Source: Lingula anatina
Lineage: Eukaryota; Animalia; Brachiopoda
Assembly: GCA_051362555.1 (NCBI GenBank)
Contig: CM120648.1
Span: 9,606,587 to 9,670,586, forward strand
Direction: 5' to 3'
Length of the DNA stretch: 64,000 bases
Within the stretch, counting starts at the first letter, position 1; every line of letters begins with the position of its first letter. Under the pieces are notes generated by a model. The model ran no database searches and had not been told where the DNA came from. It worked only from the letters and a program-made list of their open reading frames with translations. A program made the position numbers and the translations under genes. Of this stretch, positions 1 to 13,425 are shown piece after piece.

Positions 1-2632
1 TTATTTTACCAACGAGGCATCATTTTTGGTCTTAACAGGATCTAGCCTTGTTTGTCAAGCAGGGAAAAATAATTTACTAATGCACAATTCATGTTGGAGC
101 TGTCGTCCCACTCCTGTGTCAGATTTATAGGCGTAGAATGTCTAAGCTCTTCCTAAATTGCTACAGGGAGGGATTTGTAAGGTTTGGTGTCTTCAATGTG
201 TAGCCCCACGATGCATTTTTTTCCAGAAGGAAAAATTAAAAAATAAAAAGACAGCAGCGAAATCATTGTAAATTGGCCAAAAAAATGTGTCTTGTTCTTT
301 ATTTCCTTTTGTCAAAATCACTTATTTTTATCGACTGGCTAAAATTTCACATGTTTGTGTTTGCCTGCAGCACAATATACAAGTTACAATGGTATATATT
401 GTGGAGGCTGAGTACTTTCTATTGAGAAGTGGAGTCAAAATGCACAACTCGTGCTGCCAAAGGGGTAAGAAGGGTTCGCTAAGCATGCGTGAGATTGGTG
501 AACAGTGTCATATCTTAAATCCCCCCAAGGTGAGATTGTACTACGCCATAATGGAAGGGTTATGGGTTGAAAAACCTTTGCTGAAAGATTTATAAGATGT
601 ATGTAAATTGTTGTTTAAAATATGGAAGACTGGAAAAAATGTTTTGGTTCAGCTAATATGATGATCACTTTGGTTTTAAACTACAAATTGTACTTGCAGT
701 AGAATTATCTTTTAAAAGGATCTGCATTAACATCTTCCCTAATACATTTATTGAAAAAAAATGTTTTGATCTAATTTAATCTGGGGAAGTAAGCTAAAGG
801 ATTGATTTTGTTTTGAATGTTTACACACTTAAAAAGAAAAATTACATCATGAAACTCCGCAGGAATTTAATTTGGCAAAATTGAATCTTTTCCACCTCAA
901 ACAAATCGTACATGTAGATTAGATCAAATACTTCACACATTGTACTCAGAGGATGGACACCAAAATGTATTCTTTGCACAAAAATTCTCTGTTTATGAAC
1001 AAATTTTCATTTGGTATCAACAGCTGGTGAACAATAGAAATCCCGCAATTAAAAAATCATCCGTCAGGATTGGTCATGACAACACACCTGGTGAAAAGAT
1101 GCAGCTAAAAAGGACAATCAAACCCCAATATATCTAAATATACTTTTAATAGCCCTCTGGGATTAAGCTAGCTGTCGTGGCCCTCAGGGTTATAACCTAG
1201 AAGGTATCATGATGGCGAAAAGAAGAGGATTTAGATCGATGAGATGATTGGACTGGTATCTTAATCTCCGAAAGAGCATGTGGCTTAAGATAGTTCTTTT
1301 CAGCTTTGTATTTTTTTTCTGTAATTTAAGGAAAATTGGTTTAGAATTTGTAAGCTTGGCTACAGAATAAGGGAATAATCTGCTAACAAACCTGTGGTTC
1401 ATTTAAAGGCGGGTAAATTAATGCAAAGGACACAATGGATTAAGGAATGGGTGTCATTCTTAATAGATATATGTACACTGTGCTTCTGGTTTATCCACAA
1501 AATCTGTAGCAAAATTAAACAGTTTCAGCATTTGAAAAAAAAAAAAGATTTGTCATCTCAAGATGTGCATGTAAAATAATTTAATCAAATTGTAACCCTG
1601 CCCCCCCCCCTTTACCCGCCATATCACTTACCCAGGGGCAATTTGTCTGGGCATGGACCCTTTTAACACATAACCCTTAATTCCTACAGTTAATACACAA
1701 AGTTATTATCTTAACATAGCCTCAAAAACAAACATGTCAATACCTCTCAGATCTGAAGACCACGATCCATGGTTCTTCTTTAATTAGAATATGGCTACTA
1801 TGGCTACCCTTAGGATGTGAGATTACTGGAAACAGCAGAATGATGCTGGTAATGGAGCTTATAAAATGATAATTGTGATGCTTTTGTAGATATTCATTCC
1901 AGTATTAGACATGGGTTCTTTTTTCTCAACCTCGAACAATTTTCAAAATGGGAGTTGAGTGCTCTCAACACTCTCTGGCAGATTATTGTTTCATGATTTG
2001 CATGGCGGTGCTCATAACCCACTCTCGCCACAACACCAACCAGTTATTGAACCGAGCAAATAATTTCTCCTCTCCTACCATATTAGCAACTATAAATAAA
2101 GCTTGGGTTTGTCTCCAGGAACCTCAGAAACCCAGGGTGAATACTACAGACATGATGATGACATGCACTTCACAATCCATGTGTTTAATTTGACCCGAAG
2201 CACTCTGCACTTCTTTACTGAAATGTGAATAATAAGCATGATGTTGAACACGGTCATGATTCAACAGAAATATGATTTTAATGAAAGACAGCAATGAATC
2301 AGATTTGTTAAGTATAATTTCCCCTAAAGAGTGGAAATGGGTTGTTTATGATGTGTTTGATGTTAATGGGAGTAAATGGGCTGTCTTTGTCAGAAGAAGA
2401 GGGCACCACTTACAAGATGTCTGAATGTAATCGTATGATGTAAATTGATTTTAAAAAGTTGAGACCTTGAAATTGCTGTCTATACACCATCCTGACTTAT
2501 CTCATTGACTAAAAATGGAAGTGAACTTGCAGTCTTCTAGCTATACTGAATTACTGACTAGGCAAGCAGCCATGTCTCAGTATGACAGACAGACAGTCAG
2601 ACACACCTACACAATGATCAATTCTGTTTTAT

Positions 2633-2634
<2 letters not shown>

Positions 2635-2687
<53 letters not shown>

Positions 2688-2726
2688 AATACAGGAAAAG
2701 CAAAGAAAATATCTCTCTCTTTCACA

Positions 2727-2782
<56 letters not shown>

Positions 2783-2849
2783 GAGAGAGTGAGATTTTGG
2801 AGCGATTAGTGGATCTCTCTCTCCCTCACACACACACACACACACACAT

Positions 2850-2904
<55 letters not shown>

Positions 2905-2920
2905 GGAGCGATTAGTGGAT
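2635..2920. repeat. Compound (CA)n/(GA)n microsatellite with a duplicated unit
   Basis: (CA)n at 2635-2684, then two copies of (CT)n-(CA)n-(GA)n-GATTTTGGAGCGATTAGTGGAT, ending at about 2813 and 2920. Confidence 0.95.
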
Positions 2921-5042
2921 TGGGAGCTAGGGTAGAGAAGAAGGTGTATATCAAATGATGAGTGTACAGATACTAGATCCTGGGTTTACTCAACATTGCA
3001 AAATGTGATTTGAATTGACATATTTCTTAGGCTGTCCTTTTAAGGACCCCAAATGGTACAAATGATCTTTGAAAATCATGTTGAAATGTCACGTATTAAA
3101 AGATGTGTTAAGTAGCGAAAGTCATCAAAAGACGAAGTGATACTTAATTTTGTTTTATGTGTAAATTTTTTCAAGTCTAGTTTTTCATAAGCCAGCTGGT
3201 CAAGTGCAGGGAAAAACATTCAATAGTTATAATTCAAGGTAATAAAGTAGAACTGTTTTGAACAGTATTTCCTTAGGGCGAAAAGAAATGCAGCTTGAAA
3301 AAAAATTCATCTTCTTTGAAGTTGGGTATCACGTGCTGATAAATCTTGTAGACAGTGATGGCAAAGCACAGAAAAAATAAGGCTAGGATTTTCAAAGATA
3401 AACTCTTCAGATAAGTGTATTATAGTTGAGAGATCCCATTAGTTCTTCACCTTATTGAGTAGTTTCTAATGAGATCATCACAACGGCAACTGTAAAAACT
3501 TCATCACCATTTTAACATTTGCCGTAAGCTATTATTGGAAATTGAATGTGAAAATAAAATCTAAAAATTTTACATTTAATGAATTGAATGTTTGTCATAT
3601 CAAATGAGAAATAAGGAACTTTGTAGGAAGTTAATATTAGTGAAATTATCAATAGGTTGTTGTTTATTTTGAAATTAGTTTTTGTGTTTTTTTTTTTTTT
3701 TTAATTCAGTAAGATGAGGATATTAAACCTTTTCCTGCTTGTGCTAGTAATCATAGCCCTCAAGATCCAATCATCTCCCACCACCCAGAGTTAATGAACA
3801 ATATCCCAGTTGGAAAATTAGTCTTGACTTGTTTATTTTTTTCTAATATTCTCCAATAAAAAGAGGATTGTTTGTGGACTTTTTGGTGTTTGTTTTGCAA
3901 TTTACAAAGTCCTTAGAGCATGGGAGGTTTGTGCTGAGGGCATTTTGTTTGAAATAAAGAATTTTTGTGAGTTTTCTTAATGTTTTTTAGCGATATTTAC
4001 TTTGTAATTCATGTTTTGCCAAGAGCTTAGCTTGTCTAAGTTGAGGAGTTTCTCTTCTACAACCGATGGTTTATGTGATAGGGAACTTGCTTTAGATTCC
4101 AATCTTTCTGTTTTAAGTGTAAATTCTTCAATGACTGCAATGAAAGGGAGATGAGGAAAAAAAAGTAATTGAAGGACCCTTAAAAGAATTATCTGAAGAC
4201 GATTCACTTACAACAGCCAATTCAATGTTACCCATTCATTCATCCCAGCGCTGTAGGTTGTGTACATATTGGATTCAGAGAAGGTGTCTTTTGATAAGTA
4301 ACAGAGTGCATAATTAGGATTTTATGAGGAAGCAGTTATTAATTTGTTTTATCTTTATAGTGAAATGAAGCCAAATTCCTGGTGCATTCTTTTTCAATAA
4401 ACCGTCCCAAAGGAGAAGATTAACAAAATAAAAGTGGTGTATGGGATAAGTGATAGGCATTTCCACAAAACCATTGTCTGGTATCCAATGTGGGAAGGTG
4501 AACTGGGGTTGTCTTGGCCTGAGGTCAGCTTAATCCAACATGACTTGTGCCTTTGTCAACCTATCTGCGAACCTTGAAGGAGCGATTACTGTTTTAAAAA
4601 CTGTCAAACGATGAATGTTTGTTCAAGTTCTGAGAAGAATGCACCTGATATGTGGTAGTTGTGGTGGCAGCGAGTGGGATGAAATTGTTAAAGAGTGATG
4701 TGCATTTGTGTTAATGTATTTGCATTGCATCATGATGACACCATTATAAATAAATCATCACATATCTGACTTTTTTGCATATTGCTAATTTTATTAGTTT
4801 TTTTAATCTTAAAAGATGTTAAAAGACATAAGAACAGTTGCCACCTCTGTCAATTAAAGTGCATTCTCTGTATTTTAACAAGTAAAATTTCATTGTGTAG
4901 CAATTTTCTTATATGCTGCAAGTGCTGTTATGTTTCACACTCAACATTAGAGTCACACTTGAGCTTTATCTGTGTAATTATGCAATATAAGGTGATGTAT
5001 TTTGTGATCATCAGAAATTTAAATTATTATGATTGATTTCAG

Positions 5043-5314
5043 GTTTCTTTAAGAACCTACTTCCCCCAGGTGTGGGTAAGATCCACATGAGTGAAAGCCA
5101 GACAACATCATCGTCATCATCTCAGTTTTCTCCGCCACCGCTTAAGAGGCCACGTCATCGAGATTTCACAAATTATCGAACTCCCAGTGGAAAGTTTTAC
5201 TGTGGAGCCTGCAATGTTACCATGAACAACGAGGTTCAGTTTGCTCAACATGTGGACAGTAAAAAGCATAAGGCGAACAGTGCTGCGATGAGGAGCTCTG
5301 CTTTAGAATGCTAA
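5043..5314 (+). CDS. Last coding exon of a matrin/U1-type C2H2 zinc-finger protein (ZNF385/ZMAT-like)
   Basis: Acceptor gatttcAG ends at 5042 (phase 1). Translation contains FYCGACNVTMNNEVQFAQHVDSKKHK (C-x2-C-x12-H-x5-H, matrin-type) and a basic NLS-like PLKRPRHR. Stop TAA at 5312-5314. Upstream exons were not identified in the window. Confidence 0.85.
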
Positions 5315-5594
5315 AGACGGAGGCCGAGATATGGTGGCAGTGCTGGGATGCTAATTTCTGCACAATTGCTCCATCTGTAGTATCTCTCAGTGAGAGTTTT
5401 TGAGGATTTTGCAAGAAGATGGCAGAAAGGTTTGTGATGGTAAAGAAATTTCCCAGAAATATAAGAAAATTCCTGGGACATTTGCCGGATGGGTGCGTAA
5501 GAAATCTGCTTGAAAGGGTCTTCTTTTATAAGTTGCTCATAGCGTGAAAGAAAGAGTGAGTCTTTCAGATTTTCACTGCCTTGGGTTCTCCAGT

Positions 5595-5710
5595 TGCTGA
5601 ATGCTTTTAAAGCAAGCACTGGGTAACATGTTAAGTCTTTGATTTGACCTGGTTGGAAATCAAACCTACACCTACTGAGGTCATTGCTTGTCTCTTGGCC
5701 ACTGTCAGCT
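5595..5710 (-). mobile_element. Decayed tRNA-derived SINE head in the zinc-finger gene 3' UTR
   Basis: Minus strand reads AGCTGACAGTGGCCAAGAG (A-box-like), then GGTTTGATTTCC (B-box with CpG decay), then CCAGGTCAAATCAAAGAC..., resembling invertebrate SINE2 heads as recalled from memory. Confidence 0.5.
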
Positions 5711-7965
5711 TTAAGGTGATGTACGGTAAAAACTTGAAAATTTCTCTAATATTTGAAAATGCCTGAATCCAACATGGCCATATAAGTTGAAGAACTTTTC
5801 TAAATTATCGACAGGTCCATTTTCAAGTTTGACAAAATTTTCTAAGTGAAAAAAAATTGTCAGCATAGAATCATCTTCTGAAAAAATTTTCAAGATTAAA
5901 TTTTCAATTTATTACCGTATATAAACTGTCCAGATACCATAGCGTGTTTGTATATGTTCTGCTTTTTCCCATATGTTTGCATAAGTGTGCAATGAATGTA
6001 TAGTGCTATCAGTTTCAAGAAGCTATATAACACATAGATATAACTAGTGTTTTACATTTGTCAGAAAGAAAAAATTAGGTAAGGTTTTTTTTTTTATTAT
6101 ACTGTTGCTCATTTCATATAAATTTTGTATGACCATTGATATTATACCCAGTTGTGTATTGTTATTATCCAAAATGAATTCTAGCGACTTTTGGCTTTTG
6201 TTAAGGTTGATTGGTTATGCTCATAAAATCTGAGAAAATACTTTAGAAAAGCTTTCATTCCAGGTATTAATTGCCTTGGCTGATATTTGAAATATTGCAA
6301 TGAAATATTAGAGGTTTGGTGGCCATAGTTTAATTGGAGGCCATTTTGGGGAAAAAAGTTACATGGTTTTATTTTGACAGTTATAACTGTTGGACTTTCT
6401 CTTTATGTAAATGTATGTTTTCAATACTTCAGGTCCTGTTATATACATATATTGTTTTTTTAATTAAAATATTATATAACTGAATATAGCATTTTATCAG
6501 CTTCACCCAGACAGGACTGAGGATTACTAACAAATTTTAAATACCAATTATTCAAGGGATTTTATTATTTCAAGATCACATAGCTTCTTAATATTAGTTG
6601 CTCAGAAAAATAAATAACTCTCTGACTTTAAGCCATTTACCATTTTGAACGTCCTATTTGAAAAATATTAGGAGTATACATGCAGGTAAACATTATTTTG
6701 GGAGAAAACAATTTGGTTTGAATTTGGTGAGAAGTATTAGTTTTCTGATAGACAAATAGTCATTCAGATCAACTGATCATGAACAGATAACAGAATCCCA
6801 TGTTGCAATTGATTCTGCTCATTTTGAGGTAGGATTAAAACAATTCATTATTTCTGAACACTGCTTATGTTAAATAATGTTGCCCAATAATTACCTTGTC
6901 AGCAAGCAAAAAAAAGAAGGAAAGGGAAAGAATGAGGAGAGAAATTGGACTTTAATTTGTACACCAACCAATAACTCATTTTGTTTATGAACATTTTAAT
7001 TAACCCTCATTTATTTCTATTAAAAAAAAAAGCTCAAAAGGTTTGTTATTGTGATATCTGGGTTTGTATTTATTTCCATCATTTGTGGCTCTGAAATTCA
7101 CTCAGCATTAAATGTTATTAACTTATTGGGAAATAACAAATTAAGAGAGAACAGTCTGTCCATTTGAGATATTTTTAGTCACAAACTAAATCCCAAACTA
7201 TATTGTGTATATTACACATAGTGTATAAAAGTGCCTTAAAAAGGATAATATAATAGTGAGAATACTAAAATACTGTTGCAGTTGTAGGTATTTTAATATT
7301 ACACATAGATATTTAACAGTTTTAATGTGAGCATTACACAAAATTATTGAGAAAACAATGTTTTGGTGATCTTGCATGTAAAATAGATGTGTTATTACGT
7401 TAAGATGTAGTGTTGGTGTTGCTTTTGTTGCATAGCAACATTGCTTGTATTTGTTGTAACAAATTTGATGTATGAAAAAGCAGAAGAGGTAATATTGTTG
7501 TAACAAAAGTTTTCACCTTTCTCTGTAGGTAGAAAAGTTATAGTAGTACAGGAATGCACAGCTTTGAACTTGGCTTTTTAAAACTTTTAAATGCCACGTG
7601 GATATTTTTTTCCTCTGTTCTACTGGTTTCACAATATTAGAACTTTAAGGTAGATCAAGTGAAATTCATACAAAGTTGGAGTTGCTCTGTCAACAAGGAG
7701 ACATTTTTATGATTTGGCTGTGATTAAAATCAAAATGGATTGAAACAGGGGAAAGTCAATGACCGAGTCAATCTGTAGTAACATTTGGTGGTGCTTGCCA
7801 AGACTTAGTTCTTACAATGTTAGTATCTGATTTGTTGTCTAAGCATTATAATTCTTACCTGATACTTAAATATTTGATGTATCTGAACTATCTATATGTA
7901 CCTTTTTTATTTTGGTCATTTTTTGTTACGCTGCAAAATTACAGTTAAGATTTTAACAGTGTTAC

Positions 7966-7988
7966 AATAAAGTTAATAGATTAATAAA
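7966..7988 (+). terminator. Probable polyadenylation signals of the zinc-finger gene (about 2.7-kb 3' UTR)
   Basis: AATAAA at 7966-7971 and 7983-7988, at the end of an AU/GU-rich stretch where CpG depletion visibly stops. Confidence 0.5.
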
Positions 7989-8559
7989 AATAAAATAAAA
8001 TTGGGTAAAATTCAAAAATCATCGTGCGGTATTTTCCAAGTGCACATATTGCACCTTTGAGGTACCGTGCCTCGGATATTTGCCTTGAATCTGTTTCCTT
8101 CTGGCCTAGCTGTGGTTTAACAACAGAGATGCGATGAAATAACTGCCTCTGCTCAAAAATGATACTTGGTACATGAAGTAAAAATGTGAAAAATGCACGC
8201 AACCTTTTACTCAGCTTACGCGAAGTAAAGAAAAACAGCCTAAATTGTATATGCATCTACTGGTTGGGTATGGATGAGTTCAGAACTCAAGAGGGCAATT
8301 ATCTATAAGTGAAAGAAAATTCTTCCCCTCTCTCTCTCCCCCCCCCCCTTCCAACCCAATATTTGAAGCTCGTGTCAACCTTTGCAAGCCCACTGTCACC
8401 ACCACAGTAGGCTATTTTGAAACTCTTCTTTAGTCGTTACAGGAGGCAGATGTTGCACACGGGGTGATAGATGAGGGTTTAGGATCTGTTTATTCGTCCA
8501 TGCTGGTTAATTCTCTCAAATAAATTGATCCAATAGTGTTTTAGTATCATGTAATCAGA

Positions 8560-9026
8560 TCCTTAGTCGTTTAACTTTGATCACGTTTCGACACAACTTG
8601 TCGCTTTGGTTACAGCCACAGGTGGAATGGAATCGGAAGCCAAGAGATGTTACACTTTGGTTTTATTTGTACACAATTTGTAATGTCCCAGTCCATAATA
8701 TAACAGCCGGGGAGTTTTTTCTTTTCTTTTCTCTCCTTTGATCATGGTTTTGGAACAAGCTTCCTTGGTTTCTGATCTTAAAATATAATGCAAATGAAAC
8801 AGAAAATTCAGAAGTGGTGGCCAATTTGGAAATCTGATTTTCGCTTTGATCATATTTCCTTTCAAATTGGGAGTCCTCTTGCACTTACCCCCTTCCATAA
8901 AAAAAAGAAAAAAAGATAAGATAGTCTGTGCCACTACAGTATATCCTATCCTTCACTGATACTGGAGAAAAGGGTAATTAATTTTCACAGCGAAGTTTTT
9001 TTTTATTCCGTCTCCTCTCTTGCAAG
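8560..9026 (+). promoter_or_regulatory. Candidate promoter and non-coding first exon of the small secreted-protein gene
   Basis: Locally CpG-richer segment between two CpG-poor gene bodies, CGGAAG (ETS-like) near 8634, and a donor-like AAG|GTGAGA at 9026/9027. The TSS cannot be determined. Confidence 0.35.
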
Positions 9027-10572
9027 GTGAGAACCTAGGGCACCTTGTTCGTTGGTTTTAGCTGCAGGTTTTAGATTTCGGTGCTGATGGTTTGCGTGTT
9101 GTGAAGGGAGGAGTATTCAACTATTGTAAAAGGTGCTGACTTGCCAAGGTATATGGGATACTCTTGTGAACGGAAAGTTGTTTCGTTGCGGCTGTTTTTA
9201 TGTCGAGTTGTGATATACTTTGACAGTTTTTGCCTTATTTTTTAAGCCACAACCTATTGTATTATTTTTTCTTTTTTTTAATTTCTTTTAGACAATCAGT
9301 GTAAGTTCTGTCTTAGTGACAATCTATTGTGCTTTGAAGGGGAAATAATGCCATTGTTTATAGTGATGTTAATTAGTTGTTTGTATTTTTTTATTTTTTT
9401 AAAGATAAGCTGCTTTATATTACAAAGATACTCTTACAGTCTTTTTGTTGGAATTCAGTCAACTTCAAGGAAGGTAACTTTTTTTAGCCTTTTTGGTGCT
9501 GTTCTTTTGAATTTTTAGGGGAGAAATGTTATCCGTCATATAATAAAAGTTTTATCGAATCCTCAAGGTAGAGTCGTTTCAGTAGAAGAATTCTATTAAA
9601 GCTGTGGGAATGAGCCTTTTTAGTGTCTCTCTATTGTATTCTCTTGACAAGTTGTGTCAGGTTTACAGATAGGTCAACAGAATTAATCACGAGTGATGGG
9701 TAGGATAAATACAGAGAGAATAAATTTACTGAACTGTGACGCGACTTTTCAAGACTTTCAGGGTAAAGGTATCTTTTTTGTTGCCATATTGCTCCCCATT
9801 GCTCTGACGAGATCACTCTGGCAATAAAACTTTTCTTCTGAAGCTTACTTTATGTCTGATGGTCTATATAAGATACGACATTGTTGATTGTTTATCATCA
9901 ATTTATTATAGTGATTTGAATGAGGAAGTTGCTACAAGTGTTATTAACCTACATACGTGATATACAATTAATATCTGCCCCTCCCCCCCCCCAAAAAAAA
10001 AAAAAGGAAGGAAGGGAATATTGGACAGATAGAAGATCTGAAACCAAATTTTAAGATTTTAAAGCAGTGATGTTTTGATTTTGTAAGGTGGATTTTTGAA
10101 ATAATGCCATTATTTAAAATATAATTAAATATGAAATAAATGTAGAAAATTTATTTATAAATTTATTTTTGTCAGGTAGTGACAGATACAGGAAATAAAT
10201 CAAAATAAAGAAGTAGATAAACTGCTATTTTCATTTAACTATTATTATTTGTTTGTTTGGGAGGTGCACTTGTCTAAACATTAAATTTACCAAAGGTGTA
10301 GGAGTTGAATGCAGCATTGTAGCAGGCATGCTATCAGCTAACTTTTTAAAGATCTGATTCCAAAAATTAAATTGACTGCAAAATGATTAGAATTACAGGA
10401 GCCAAAATAAATTGGAAGAGACCATCAGCTGCATATGTTTTCATCTTTTTTCCCCTCATATCTTAGGAAGGAAATGTTTATGGAATTAGCAGGCCTACTT
10501 CATACCACATCAGGGCTTGGTTTGGAATTCCACTCTTTTCAGATTCGTGCTTTTTGTGGAGAAAAATGCTTG

Positions 10573-10753
10573 ATGTCTGGAACTGCCTGTTCCAAGATGA
10601 GATCAAAGTGTCAAAAACGATTATGTTTTTTGGTATTTTTCCTCTCTGTAGTTTTCTCCTCTGTCATGACATTTCATGCGCCGTTTGCTGGTGATCCGGT
10701 GTGGATAAACGGAGTGGACACATTTGCACGTGTTATTACATGCTTCTGTAGAA
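10573..10753 (+). CDS. Coding exon A of an uncharacterised secreted Cys-rich protein (signal peptide exon)
   Basis: Acceptor cactcttttcAG at 10542, in-frame ATGs at 10573 and 10597, hydrophobic core LCFLVFFLSVVFSSVMT after basic residues, and consensus donor GAA|GTGAGT at 10753/10754 (phase 1). Confidence 0.65.
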
Positions 10754-10863
10754 GTGAGTGAAAACTTCTGCATTAAGGGGAGCTGATATATACTCTGTAT
10801 GTGGTCTAATTTTCAGGATGTAACTGACCAAGCTTGACCAAATCTTGCAACAACATATCTTCT

Positions 10864-11024
10864 CCGTAGCCAGGGGGTTTGGAGGGTTTGAAAGAACCCC
10901 CTTTTTGCTGGGAGAAGTTCCCCTCTGGTTAAAATTTGATCTAGGTACATGGAGGTTCTATGGTAAAAGGTCCACTTTTTCAAAAAAAAGAACCCCCTTT
11001 TTGAAATTGCTGGCCACTGGCCTG
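10864..11024 (-). mobile_element. Degenerate inverted copy of the hAT-like MITE at 51748-51915
   Basis: Reverse-complement similarity along its length (CCGTAGCCAGGGGG...AAAAGGTCCACTTTTTCA...TTGCTGGCCACTGGCCTG). One terminus is truncated. Confidence 0.85.
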
Positions 11025-11900
11025 ACTAGTCGCTTATCCTCCACAAAATTCTTTTTTGTTCAATTTTTTTCAAATATCTCCTTTATCTGGGATAAAATAT
11101 TTTTAAAAATAAGGTTCATCTGCATAGTGCTGTGCAAATAAGACAGAGAATTATAATAGTAACTGGAAGATGAATGATTTAGGAATGATTTAGGATATAA
11201 GGCAGTGAGAGATGGGGTGTGGGGGGGGGGGAGGTTGAACCAAAGCACAAATTACTCAAGTTACCACATTACCTTTATACCATGTACAGTAGTCTTTGTT
11301 TAGACCTCTTTTCATATTATTGTTAAGTTTCTGATCCTATCCATGGAAACCAGAAACTGCACTGTATTCATGACAAACTAAAATTTATAATAAATTTTTT
11401 GCTAGTGTAAAATGTTTAGATTGGAGAGAACTTAATTAGCTGTAAAAGACAGGGAAGAAGGGGAAACTGAAAAGAGACGTACTCTTTTATACACAACTCT
11501 TTAGAAAGCTTTGTCCAGATCATGGACAAAAATAATTATATTATGTCCAAGTTCAGATACATGTAGATGATTACTATGACTGTGACAAAATTTATGGACA
11601 GCAAAAAATTTTCACAGTTCTTTTTAAACGTTATTTCAACTAAACCCCTACTGTTATTATATTCTTAAACTTAGAATGACAATTAACACACCTGGCCAGC
11701 ACATTTTCTTAACTCTTCTCCATTTTGCCATGCAACAGACTTTTGCCATATGCTAGTTATAATAAGTGTGAGGCTTTCTTCACACCTTGCTCTTAGAGGT
11801 GACAAAAATTACCAAGATGTCACGCCATCTTACCTGTTACTTTTGTTAATAATGTCACCTGTTCAGGTAAACAGAAACTAATTAGCTCTATATATGTCCA

Positions 11901-12153
11901 CCTGGGGAAGGTTACACAAAACAATTTCAGACTAAAAAATTGGCCTTAACTTTAAATAAATTTCAGTCTACTTTGGAGCAAAATACATCTTTAGTATTCT
12001 ATGGTATTGGTTTGAAACATAACTATGGTTCTCTCATTATGAAAAAAGGGCCATATTTTAATTATTGGGTCAGTTTAAAAAGTAAGGTACAATTTTGGTC
12101 AAAAGTTTAGACCAAATTTTGGTCTGAAGTTCCTTTTTGAAATTGGTCCCTGG
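11901..12153 (+). mobile_element. Old MITE-like repeat, copy 1
   Basis: Starts CCTGGGG and ends TTTGAAATTGGTCCCTGG, with internal TTTAGACCAAATTTTGGTCT dyads. The first ~75 bp align by eye with 13169 onward. Confidence 0.5.
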
Positions 12154-13168
12154 TATGCTTTTATAACATATCGTAATTCTTTATAGTTTTATACTAATAA
12201 CTAATAAGTATTTTCTAGATTTCCTTTATTCTATATTTTATAACAAATGTCCGTCTTTAGCCATAGATCTTCAACATCATATGTTGTCTTGATTTGAATT
12301 GAGGGTTACATAAATTAATCTTCATTTATAATTTCTTGTTTTATATCTTCTAACAAAAATATTACTTATGAATAACTTGATATACTTAGAAGTATAAAAA
12401 ATATGTAAGAAAATGATATGTGACAGACAAAATGGAAGTTCACATGCAAAACATGCAAAAAAAACATTTTATGTTACATAGCTTAGATTCCATTTGCAGT
12501 TACATGTACATGTATGACAATCACTGTACATATTCATAGGAATTGTAAGAGGTTAAAGATAATAATCGTTGCTCAAGACTTAAAAGTAACCTTGTTTCAG
12601 GTATAAATATTACCCGGTGACTTAAGACTTAATAAGTTAAGACCTGTCCAACAAGAAGTTAAATAAAATTAAGCCTTAATCAAGTTTTCAAACCCACCAC
12701 AACAGAGATATTTTGAAATCGAACTTTCCATTCGCTTTAATGAAGCTAGTTTTCTGTGAGTTTACAACAACTTTTCTCAACCCTGGATGAAATGTGCTTA
12801 CTAATAAGCAATTACACAACAAAAATTTCAATCACAAATGATTTTTTGAATGTTGTACAAAACAACACGTTTCAAAATTAATCTCTTGATAAAAGAACCA
12901 CAGTATACTCAATGTTGGCAACATTCCCATTTCTCTTGGGGAATTCATTGGATTTCCTTCATGGAAAAAATGACGGCTAATGTCCAGCAAATAACTGACC
13001 AAGCTTGACTGAAGTTTGCAACAACTTTCTCTCTCACCTGCCCAGCCAGTACAATAAATTGCTAATAAGCTTTGTTCATAAGTAGCTACCAATCTAGGGG
13101 CCGCTGTTAAATTCATAATAACAAAATCCAGGTTCGTTGGGCTCATTTGGAGCCAATAAGAACCATCG

Positions 13169-13425
13169 CTGGGGCTTGTTTAACAAAAGATTTTTAGACT
13201 GAGAATTGGTCATGACTTTAAATCCAAAATTTTTGTCTGCTTTGACTTAAGATAAATCAGAAGTAATGCAATTAAATGAAATGAATAAATAAAATATTTT
13301 GTCTGTTTTGTAACAAGAGAGTTGGTTCTATTGTCTCAGACCAATTCCTGTCAGTAATATGATTGAGTTTGAACTGAAGTACAGTTTAGGTACAGATTTT
13401 AAGTCTTAAATTTTAGACCAATTTT
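13169..13425 (+). mobile_element. Old MITE-like repeat, copy 2
   Basis: CTGGGGCTTGTTTAACAAAAGATTTTTAGACTGAGAATTGGTCATGACTTTAAAT resembles 11902 onward, and it ends in the same TTTAGACCAA motif. Confidence 0.45.

Noticed and set aside
2515-2958. 147-aa ORF with HT and ER repeats
   Set aside because: It is the translation of (CA)n/(GA)n microsatellites.
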